DNA of 64,000 nt from Deltaproteobacteria bacterium (GTDB lineage Bacteria > Desulfobacterota > Desulfobaccia > Desulfobaccales > 0-14-0-80-60-11): the NCBI GenBank assembly GCA_003599195.1, contig QZIZ01000075.1, forward strand, positions 7,705-71,704, given 5' to 3'. The first letter of the stretch is position 1, and each line of letters opens with the position of its first letter. A model generated the notes under the pieces. The model was not told where the DNA came from, did no database searches, and was given only the letters and a program-made list of their open reading frames with translations. Positions 56,977 to 64,000 of the stretch are shown in pieces. Position numbers and translations under genes: made by a program.

Positions 56977-56991
56977 CATAACGGAGGCGCT

Positions 56992-57975
56992 ATGAGCCTA
57001 GTCCTCACCGGTTCCCAAGTCATGCAGGTCCTGAACATGGACCTGGCCCTGGCCGCGGCCCAGGAGGCCTTTCAGGCCTACGGCGAAGGCCGGGTGAACA
57101 TGCCGCCCAAGTCCTATCTGCAACTGGCCCAAGGCGACTTCCGGGCCATGTACGGCGAGATCTTTCTGACCCAGGCCCACATCTGCGGCTTGAAATGGGT
57201 AAACGTGCATCCGGGAAACCCGGCCAAGGGTCTGCTCACGGTGATGGCCAAGATCATTATCAATGATCCGGAAACGGGTCTCGAGTTCGCGGACCTGGAC
57301 GGCACCCATGTCACCGATTTCCGCACCGGGGCCGCCGGCGGCCTGGCCGCCAAATACCTGGCCCGGCCCGATGCCTCCAGGCTGGGTCTCATCGGCCTCG
57401 GGGCCCAGGCCCGGACCCAGTTGGCCGCGGTTCTGAAAGTCCGGCCCATCCAGGAGGTGGTGGTTTTCGACCGCCATCTGGCTCATGCCCAAGGCTTTGC
57501 GGATTACGTCACCGCCACCTATGGAGTGGCGGCCCGGGCCGCGGCCGACGCCAGGGACGCGGTGCGGGACCTGGACATCGTCACCACCACCACCCCCAGC
57601 GGCCGGCCCATAGTCATGGCGGACTGGGTCTCGCCCGGAACCCACATCAACGCCATCGGCGCGGACGCCGCGGGCAAGCAGGAGTTGGACCCGGCCATCC
57701 TCCAGGCCGCCAAAATCGTGGTGGACGACTGGGCCCAGGCCTCCCACTCCGGGGAGATCAACGTGCCCCTGGCCCAGGGAAAAATTAAACCGGAACAGAT
57801 CTATGGTTCCCTGGGGGAAATCGCCGCCGGCAAGAAACCGGGCCGGACCGATGCTGCCGAAATCACCGTCTTCGATTCCACCGGCCTCATCATTCAGGAC
57901 CTGGCCCTGGCCTATGCGGTCTGCCAAAAGGCCCGGGCATCCGGCCTGGGCGAGGAGAAGGATTTCTTAAAATGA
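56992..57975 (+). CDS. Ornithine cyclodeaminase/mu-crystallin family NAD-dependent enzyme
   Basis: LGLIGLGAQARTQL Rossmann motif, ...GTHINAIGAD..., family-typical length. The ATG at 56992 follows GGAGG. Confidence 0.85.
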   Translation: MSLVLTGSQVMQVLNMDLALAAAQEAFQAYGEGRVNMPPKSYLQLAQGDFRAMYGEIFLTQAHICGLKWVNVHPGNPAKGLLTVMAKIIINDPETGLEFADLDGTHVTDFRTGAAGGLAAKYLARPDASRLGLIGLGAQARTQLAAVLKVRPIQEVVVFDRHLAHAQGFADYVTATYGVAARAAADARDAVRDLDIVTTTTPSGRPIVMADWVSPGTHINAIGADAAGKQELDPAILQAAKIVVDDWAQASHSGEINVPLAQGKIKPEQIYGSLGEIAAGKKPGRTDAAEITVFDSTGLIIQDLALAYAVCQKARASGLGEEKDFLK

Positions 57976-58121
57976 GGGCGTGGCAGTAACTTACCGGGAA
58001 TCTCCCATGGGAAATTCTCTTGAGCCTTTACAAACCTCTCAGATTAAATATATAGATGGATGGGCGAAATATGGCCCCGGCCATTATCGCCAACCTTCTT
58101 GCCCCAAGGAGATAACGCAGC

Positions 58122-59393
58122 TTGACTATGCGCGGGATGGAAAACGGGTTTTCGCCCATGAGGACTGGGGCGCAACCCCAAGATTATCCGCCGGGGGCAG
58201 CGGAGAAGACAACCCATTTCCAAAGAATTGCCTGGCTGCTCTTTTGCGGCGTTTCCCTGCAGTTGACGTTCCTTAACCCGTCGATAATCCTGCTTCCCGG
58301 AGAACGCACCAACCTGTTTTCGGGGTTATTGTGCGCCATCTCCCTGGCCGCGACGATCTGCATCGCCAGGAAAGGGGACCTGGTCCGGAGCCGCGGCGAG
58401 GCCGCGATCTATCTGTCCCTGGTGGGATTGGTGCTCCTGAGCGGGTTGGTCAGCTCCGCTCCTCTGACCAATTCTTTGCGGGGACTGGTGCTTCTGGCCT
58501 CCGGTCTCGGAGGATTCTGGGGAGCCAGGGTCCTGCTGGCCGCGGAAGCCAGGCAACGGTACTTCCTCCGGCTCGCTCTCTTGATGTTAGCGGGCTTTCT
58601 CCTGGTGGGCCTGGTCTCTTATCTGCTTTCAGGGAAGATTACCACGGCCATGGATCCCAAATACCATTCCCTGGCCACCAAAACCATGCTTCTCTGGTTT
58701 GCGCCCCTGACCCTCCTGTGGGGGAGCACTGCCAAGAAAATTATGGGCGCCGTCCTCATCGGCCTGAGCTACCTGCTCTTTTCCCTGACGGAGTTGCGCT
58801 CCGCGATGCTGCTGCCTTTAATCCTCGGCCTGCTGGCGGTATTTATCGGCAGGCTGCGGGTGCGGTATTTTCTGTTGATTCTTCTGGCATCCTCAGCCGT
58901 GCTCTTCTATTTCATCCGCCATCTGCCCTACTATAAAATGGGCATGGAATATGAGCCGGCCTACTACCGGGTGGAGAACATCGCTTTTTCCTGGCACGTT
59001 GCCCTGAAACACCCGCTCCTGGGCATCGGCCTCCTGACGCCCAGGGAGGAATTCCTGAAAGATTATGAAATTAAATATCCTTACGTCACCCGGGAGGAAT
59101 TCAGTAAGTCCTTAGGAGCCATCAAAGTCGCCGACAATATGCTGCTCACCTTTATGGTGGGCGTAGGCATCCCCTTTGTTTTAATCTACTGCCTTTCATT
59201 AATAAAACTTATGAAAGTACTGGTGGGCGCCATCTATACGCAAACGGAAACCACTACCATTCCGCCGTTGGCGCTATTTCTGCCGTTGGTCAGCGCCCTG
59301 TTGTCATTTTTCATCTACGACATCCTGCTGCACCCCCAGGTGTGCTGGTTCTTCCATCTGCTGTTGGGCCTGATTCCCTGGCGGCGGCAGTGA
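58122..59393 (+). CDS. O-antigen ligase/polymerase-like (Wzy_C-type) polytopic membrane protein; start uncertain (58122-58158)
   Basis: About 10 TM segments with a central loop region (TELRSAMLLPLILGLLAVF...) typical of the O-antigen ligase family. Confidence 0.65.
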   Translation: MTMRGMENGFSPMRTGAQPQDYPPGAAEKTTHFQRIAWLLFCGVSLQLTFLNPSIILLPGERTNLFSGLLCAISLAATICIARKGDLVRSRGEAAIYLSLVGLVLLSGLVSSAPLTNSLRGLVLLASGLGGFWGARVLLAAEARQRYFLRLALLMLAGFLLVGLVSYLLSGKITTAMDPKYHSLATKTMLLWFAPLTLLWGSTAKKIMGAVLIGLSYLLFSLTELRSAMLLPLILGLLAVFIGRLRVRYFLLILLASSAVLFYFIRHLPYYKMGMEYEPAYYRVENIAFSWHVALKHPLLGIGLLTPREEFLKDYEIKYPYVTREEFSKSLGAIKVADNMLLTFMVGVGIPFVLIYCLSLIKLMKVLVGAIYTQTETTTIPPLALFLPLVSALLSFFIYDILLHPQVCWFFHLLLGLIPWRRQ

Positions 59394-59403
59394 AGACAAA
59401 GAC

Positions 59404-59431
59404 CGTTTTCAGTTTTCTGTTTTCTGTTTTC
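59404..59431. repeat. Heptamer tandem array (NGTTTTC, 4 units)
   Basis: CGTTTTC AGTTTTC TGTTTTC TGTTTTC. Confidence 0.9.
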
Positions 59432-59488
59432 TGATGGAACCTGCATTATATATAGATTATGGCAAGTTCTAAAAATTCCTTCCTTTTA

Positions 59489-59530
59489 TTCCCCCTTCCC
59501 CCATGGGGGGGCCGTGGTGAGGGGGGGGTG
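59489..59530. repeat. CCCTCTCCC-type hairpin element copy (degenerate)
   Basis: TTCCCCCTTCCCCCATGGGGGGGCCGTGGTGAGGGGGGGG. Confidence 0.8.
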
Positions 59531-59560
59531 ATAGATGCCCCCCCAATAAAGCTCAAAATC

Positions 59561-60649
59561 ATGACCACGAATTGCAAAAAAATCCTCCTGGTCGCAGGGG
59601 CCCGGCCGAATTTCATGAAAATTGCGCCCCTGTTGCGCGTCATCGACCAGTCGTACTTTGATCGCCTGCGCCCCATAATCGTGCATACGGGCCAGCACTA
59701 TGATTATGAGATGTCCCAGGCCTTTTTTGAGGATTTACAGATCAAGCGCCCTGATTACTTCCTGGGGGTAGGCCCCGGCTCCCACGCGGTCCAGACCGCC
59801 ATGATCATGACGGCTTTCGAAGAAGTCTGCCTCCGGGAGATCCCTGATCTGGTGGTGGTGGTGGGAGACGTCAACTCCACCCTGGCCTGCGCCCTGGTGG
59901 CTAAAAAAATGGGCATCCGGGTGGCCCACGTGGAAGCCGGCCTGCGAAGCCGGGACCTGACCATGCCCGAGGAAATCAACCGCATGGTGACCGACGTGCT
60001 GGCCGATTACCTTTTTGTGTCCGAAAGGAGCGGCTTGGCCAACTTGTGGCAGGAAGGCAGACCCCCGGAGGCCATCCACTTTGTGGGCAATGTCATGGTG
60101 GACACCCTTTATTTGCAGTTGGCCTCTCTGGAAGAGACTCACGCCAACCGGCCTGAGCCTTATGCCGTGCTCACCCTGCACCGCCCCGCCAACGTGGATG
60201 TGGCTAGCAAACTCCTGGAGATCATGGACGCCGTCGCGGTGATCGCCCGGGACCTGCCGGTGGAGTTCCCCGCGCACCCCCGCACCCGGCAGCGCCTGGA
60301 GGCCCTGGATTTAACGGCCGGCCTCACCGGCCGGGGCATCAATTTATTGCCGCCTTTGCCTTATAAGACTTTTTTGCGGCTTTGGAAGGACGCGGCCCTG
60401 GTGCTGACGGACAGCGGCGGCCTGCAAGAGGAGACCACGGCCCTGGGCGTGCCCTGCATCACCATCCGGGACAATACGGAGAGGCCGGTGACCGTCGCCG
60501 AAGGGACCAACATCCTGGCGGGCACGGATTATCAGGGAATCATCACCGCATACGAAACTTTCAAGTCCACCGGCGGCAAAAAAGGGCGGGTCCCCGAACT
60601 CTGGGACGGCCAGGCCGCAGCCAGGATTGTGGCCATCCTTGCCAAATAA
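59561..60649 (+). CDS. wecB: UDP-N-acetylglucosamine 2-epimerase (non-hydrolysing)
   Basis: KILLVAGARPNFMKIAPL...HTGQHYDYEMSQAFFEDL...DSGGLQEE is canonical. The track N-terminal extension (59459) is spelled by the repeat element. Confidence 0.92.
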   Translation: MTTNCKKILLVAGARPNFMKIAPLLRVIDQSYFDRLRPIIVHTGQHYDYEMSQAFFEDLQIKRPDYFLGVGPGSHAVQTAMIMTAFEEVCLREIPDLVVVVGDVNSTLACALVAKKMGIRVAHVEAGLRSRDLTMPEEINRMVTDVLADYLFVSERSGLANLWQEGRPPEAIHFVGNVMVDTLYLQLASLEETHANRPEPYAVLTLHRPANVDVASKLLEIMDAVAVIARDLPVEFPAHPRTRQRLEALDLTAGLTGRGINLLPPLPYKTFLRLWKDAALVLTDSGGLQEETTALGVPCITIRDNTERPVTVAEGTNILAGTDYQGIITAYETFKSTGGKKGRVPELWDGQAAARIVAILAK

Positions 60650-60689
60650 CCCGTATGCTCCTAAATTTGAAAGGTTCATCTCCGTATAT

Positions 60690-60728
60690 TTGCGCCTTTC
60701 TTTGCGTTTTGGCGTCTTTGCGTGAGAA
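60690..60728. repeat. Single arm of the RCARAG (GCAAAG) element directly upstream of the glycosyltransferase start
   Basis: TTGCGCCTTTCTTTGCGTTTTGGCGTCTTTGCGTGAGAAT. Confidence 0.8.
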
Positions 60729-60737
60729 TATCTTTTC

Positions 60738-61898
60738 ATGACCCGCAACAAGATCAAAATCGTTCACCTCATCACCTCCTTCTGGGCCAACCACGGTCCC
60801 AGCAGCGCCTTGTTGACCCAGATCCGGAGCCATGACCCCGGAGAATTCGCCTTTTCCATCTGGTCTCTCTATGCGCCGCCGCCGGCGCAAGATCCACGGG
60901 ACCTCCTTTTGAGAAACGGCATAGAACACCGGGTCCTGCCCATGTCCGCGTCCTTTTTGGATGTGCGGGTGCTTACGCCCCTGGTGCGGCTGCTGCGCCG
61001 GGAGCGCCCGGACATCCTCCACTGCCACCTGCTGCGGGCCAATCTCTACGGACGGTTTGCCGGCCGCTTGGCCGGAGTCGCCAAGATCGTCAATACCATC
61101 CACGGTGTCGATGAATACATGGTCCGCGGGGATTTTACCTCCCGTTCCCTGCGGCTGGCGGAGCGCCTCAGCGCGCCTCTGGTCTCCCGCTACGTGGCGG
61201 TTTCGGAAAACGCCCGGCAGGCGGTCGTCGAACGCCTGAAAATCCCCCCCGGCCGGGTTTCCACCATTCTCAACGCCCTGGATTTGGATCCCTTTCGGCA
61301 ACCGGAAGCCGGCCGCAGAGCCCTCAGGGCGGAGTTGGGCCTGTCCCCGGACGCAGTGGTCATCGGCTCCGTGGGCCGCCTGGCGCCTTTGAAAAATCTT
61401 GCCTTTCTTATAGAGCAGATGAAAGAACTTGCCGTCTCCTTCCCTCAGGCCGAGCTGGTGATCATCGGCGAGGGGCCGGAGCGCCCGGCCCTGGAGAACC
61501 TCATCGCCGCGCTCAACCTGGGGGATAAGGTGCGCCTCCCCGGTTTCCGGGCCGATATTCCCCGGATGCTCCCGGCCCTGGACCTCTTTGCCTTCCCTTC
61601 CCTTTCGGAGGGACTATCCATTGCCCTTTTGGAGGCCATGGCCGCGGGTCTTCCCTGTGTGGTCATGGACGTGGGCGGCAACGGAGAAGCCGTGGCGCAT
61701 GGACATACGGGTTACGTGGTCCCCTATGGGGACTCTTCCGCCTTCGCGTCCGCCCTCTCACACCTCTTAAAAGACGCAAGTCTAAGAAAAAAGCTGGGGA
61801 CGGCTGGAAAAAATCGCGCATTTACGCTATTTAATCCACAGCGTCTGGCTACACAATATGAAGAACTTTACTTCTCGCTCCTGAACCGGCGTCCTTAA
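60738..61898 (+). CDS. Glycosyltransferase family 4 (GT-B, GT1 clan)
   Basis: C-terminal EGLSIALLEAMAAGLPCVV (E-x7-E region) and overall GT4 layout. Confidence 0.88.
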   Translation: MTRNKIKIVHLITSFWANHGPSSALLTQIRSHDPGEFAFSIWSLYAPPPAQDPRDLLLRNGIEHRVLPMSASFLDVRVLTPLVRLLRRERPDILHCHLLRANLYGRFAGRLAGVAKIVNTIHGVDEYMVRGDFTSRSLRLAERLSAPLVSRYVAVSENARQAVVERLKIPPGRVSTILNALDLDPFRQPEAGRRALRAELGLSPDAVVIGSVGRLAPLKNLAFLIEQMKELAVSFPQAELVIIGEGPERPALENLIAALNLGDKVRLPGFRADIPRMLPALDLFAFPSLSEGLSIALLEAMAAGLPCVVMDVGGNGEAVAHGHTGYVVPYGDSSAFASALSHLLKDASLRKKLGTAGKNRAFTLFNPQRLATQYEELYFSLLNRRP

Positions 61899-61912
61899 GT
61901 GTTAAGGCGGAG

Positions 61913-63424
61913 ATGACTATGCCCTGGTGGGCCGTGGGCTTCCTGATAATTTTCGGTTTCACCGTGACCTACGCGGCCATTCCCGCGGCCAAGAGATTGG
62001 CCCTGCGCTGGGACCTGGTCGCACCTCCCGGAGGCAGGCGCAACCATGCCCAGGATACCCCGTTAACCGGGGGTTGGACTCTTTTTCTCCCCTTGGCCGG
62101 GGCCTTCCTGATCTTTTTTGCGTTGGCCCTGACCGGCAGGCTCACGGTGTTGCACCCCGAATGGGGGCGGATGTTATCCCTGTTTTTAGGGACCACCTGG
62201 ATTCTAATCCTGGGCACCATCGACGACCGCCTGGTCATCCCCTGGAAACAGAAGCTGGCCGGCCAGGTCTTGGGAGCCCTCATTCTGGTCATCGGCGGCC
62301 ATACCGTGTCCGTAGCCAACCTCCCCTGGCTGGGCACGGTGTGGTTCGGCTGGTTCGGCATCCCCTGCTTTATCATTGCCGTCATCACCATCACCAACGC
62401 CATCAATCTCATTGACGGCCTCGACGGCCTGGCCGGGGGCATCTGTTTTTTTGCGGCCCTGACCAGCGCCGTCATCGCCCTGGTGAAAGGGGATTACTTC
62501 ATCGCCACCCTCGGCTTCACCCTTTCCGGCAGCCTCCTGGGATTCTTGAGGTTTAATTTCCCCCCGGCTTCCATCTTCCTGGGCGACGGCGGCTCCATGA
62601 TGCTCGGCTTCCTGCTGGGCACTTTGGCCATCAGTTCCACCGCCTTCTTCCCGGGCCAGCGCCTGGGCACCAGCATCATGATCGTGGCGCCCTTCCTGCC
62701 CTTGGGCATCCCCCTCTTTGAAGTGGCCCTGTCCATTATCAGAAGATGGATCACCGGCCAGGCCATCTTCCTGGCGGACGGCAACCATCTGCATCATCGC
62801 CTGATGAGCAAAATCAAGGCCCCGCGGGCCACGGTGGCCATCTTTTATTTTTTCAGCGCCTCTCTCTGCGCCCTGACCCTGCTTATGGTGCTGGAAGTCC
62901 GATCTCCCGTGCTCCGCTTCTTGACGGCCTTTCTCACCCTGGGCCTGATGGTGGCGGTCACCTGGTCCATCCGGCTCTATGGCGACCGGGGCCTCGTGCT
63001 CACCCTGCGGAACCGGCCCCATTTCAAGTTTCTGGGAGAATTTCTCCGCTTTATGACCCTCAAGGCCGGCAGGGCCAAATCCGTCACCGATCTTTTGGCT
63101 CTACTGGAATCAGGTGTCAGGGACCTGGATTTTGACAATGTCGAGATTGTCTATAAAGAACAACCCCTCAGGAAATGGATCAACCCTCAACCTGCGCATC
63201 CGCAAAGCCCTCGCCTGGTCTCCGAAGAATCCTTCAACGGCTGGCACCTGCGGATCAAATGGGCCCAACCCCTGCATAAAGACGAAAATTATAACGAATA
63301 TCTCCTGTTGACCTGGCGCCGTTTTTTAAACACCATCAAGGCCGCGCTGCCCTCCCGGCCCCAAGAGCTGCCGCCTTGGAACGACGCGGCCCCGGCGTCC
63401 GCAAATCCAAAAATCCCTGAATAA
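61913..63424 (+). CDS. Polyprenyl-phosphate N-acetylhexosamine-1-phosphate transferase (WecA/MraY family) with long C-terminal extension
   Basis: NAINLIDGLDGLAGG and FLGDGGSM motifs. About 150 extra C-terminal residues of unknown function. Confidence 0.85.
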   Translation: MTMPWWAVGFLIIFGFTVTYAAIPAAKRLALRWDLVAPPGGRRNHAQDTPLTGGWTLFLPLAGAFLIFFALALTGRLTVLHPEWGRMLSLFLGTTWILILGTIDDRLVIPWKQKLAGQVLGALILVIGGHTVSVANLPWLGTVWFGWFGIPCFIIAVITITNAINLIDGLDGLAGGICFFAALTSAVIALVKGDYFIATLGFTLSGSLLGFLRFNFPPASIFLGDGGSMMLGFLLGTLAISSTAFFPGQRLGTSIMIVAPFLPLGIPLFEVALSIIRRWITGQAIFLADGNHLHHRLMSKIKAPRATVAIFYFFSASLCALTLLMVLEVRSPVLRFLTAFLTLGLMVAVTWSIRLYGDRGLVLTLRNRPHFKFLGEFLRFMTLKAGRAKSVTDLLALLESGVRDLDFDNVEIVYKEQPLRKWINPQPAHPQSPRLVSEESFNGWHLRIKWAQPLHKDENYNEYLLLTWRRFLNTIKAALPSRPQELPPWNDAAPASANPKIPE

Positions 63425-63484
63425 AGGGGGCCTCCACCATCCAGATAATGAGGCTTTTGCAAAATTAATATTTATCCTGATTTT

Positions 63485-63566
63485 CTCCGCGTTTCCTCTG
63501 CGTCCTCTGCGTCTCTGCGGTTAAAAAGGGAGAATTCACCGCAGAGACGCAGAGAGCGCAGAGGAA
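63485..63566. repeat. RCARAG-arm palindromic element, near-identical to 20400-20478
   Basis: CCGCGTTTCCTCTGCGTCCTCTGCGTCTCTGCGGTTAAAAAGGGAGAATTCACCGCAGAGACGCAGAGAGCGCAGAGGAAAG. Confidence 0.9.
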
Positions 63567-63589
63567 AGATTTTGCAAAAGGCATAGATA

Positions 63590-64000
63590 ATGTTGTCTCT
63601 AATTTTCCTCTGGCTTTATATCTCCCTGATCTGCCTGGTTTTCGGCCATGCCGCGGTCAAGTTATTCCGCTTTCTTTTAAAGGAAGAAGATTCACCGAAG
63701 CTGCCCCTTTCCCTCCAGGTCATTTTAGGGTTGGGTTTAATTTCCGCGGGCGCCGGCTATCTCTCGCTATTTATAAATCTCGGCCTGTTGGCCAACTGCA
63801 TCGTTTTCTCAGCCGCCCTGGTCCTGATATCTTTTTATCACCGGGAAATAACCTCCTTCTTGAGGTCCGGAATTCAAAGCCTCTTCGCCCTGAATAGATT
63901 TATCCTGGCTTTACTGGTATTAAGCTTTCTCTTTATTCTCCTCAAGTCCGCCGCTCCCCCCTCGTCCTTTGACACCGGCCTCTATCATGCCCAGGCCATC
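63590..64000 (+). CDS. Polytopic membrane protein, 5' partial at the window edge (possible glycan polymerase-type protein)
   Basis: ATG at 63590; the open frame runs to the window end (MLSLIFLWLYISLICLVFGHAAVKLF...DTGLYHAQAI). Several TM helices. Context is the glycan cluster. Confidence 0.5.
   Translation, partial: MLSLIFLWLYISLICLVFGHAAVKLFRFLLKEEDSPKLPLSLQVILGLGLISAGAGYLSLFINLGLLANCIVFSAALVLISFYHREITSFLRSGIQSLFALNRFILALLVLSFLFILLKSAAPPSSFDTGLYHAQAI

Noticed and set aside
55525-57927. Minus-strand ORFs 55525-56325 and 56998-57927
   Set aside because: They are antisense to adenine deaminase and the OCD-family gene, both of which have diagnostic motifs.
57980-58276. 98-aa ORF between the OCD-family gene and the O-antigen-ligase-like gene
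   Set aside because: It overlaps the likely 5' end of the ligase-like gene in another frame and has no motif. I cannot decide which frame is real in 57980-58160, so it is left unannotated.
60561-63022. Minus-strand ORFs 60561-61301 and 62204-63022, and plus-strand alternative frames in 61927-63135
   Set aside because: They are shadow frames of the glycosyltransferase and WecA-like genes.

Overview
GC-rich chromosomal segment from a flagellated, probably anaerobic bacterium. Gene content and repeat style resemble Desulfobacterota/deltaproteobacteria, but the taxon cannot be proven from this window. Recognisable blocks, left to right: (1) a tRNA-Leu(UAA) flanked by mobile-element debris (XRE regulator, SprT-like protease, decayed integrase); (2) a sigma-54/PAS activator next to an operon of two large family-III CoA-transferases (the second frameshifted), four unrecognisable Cys-rich or unknown proteins and an MBL-TPR hydrolase; (3) sensor kinases, nth and lipoproteins; (4) an AT-rich island carrying one GmrSD-like DUF262/DUF1524 gene directly after the thrS-infC-rpmI-rplT-pheS operon, where pheT is expected; (5) housekeeping and transport genes (mtaD, ecfT, APC permease, GTP-PEPCK); (6) a yebC-ruvC-ruvA operon broken by foreign-looking genes and followed by a beta-class DNA methyltransferase fused to a degenerate SNase-like domain; (7) a sigma-54-driven flagellar export operon fliLMNOPQR-flhBAFG-fliA plus three accessory genes; (8) ade, an ornithine cyclodeaminase-family gene and a glycan/O-antigen cluster. 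The most unusual thing visible in the sequence is that almost every intergenic gap holds one of several repeat families: heptanucleotide tandem arrays, RCARAG-arm palindromic elements, about 150-bp MITE-like elements and CCCTCTCCC hairpin elements. These often abut stop codons and in one case supply a gene's C-terminus. No CRISPR array, rRNA or intact transposase was seen. All functional calls rest on motif recognition by eye; no searches were run.
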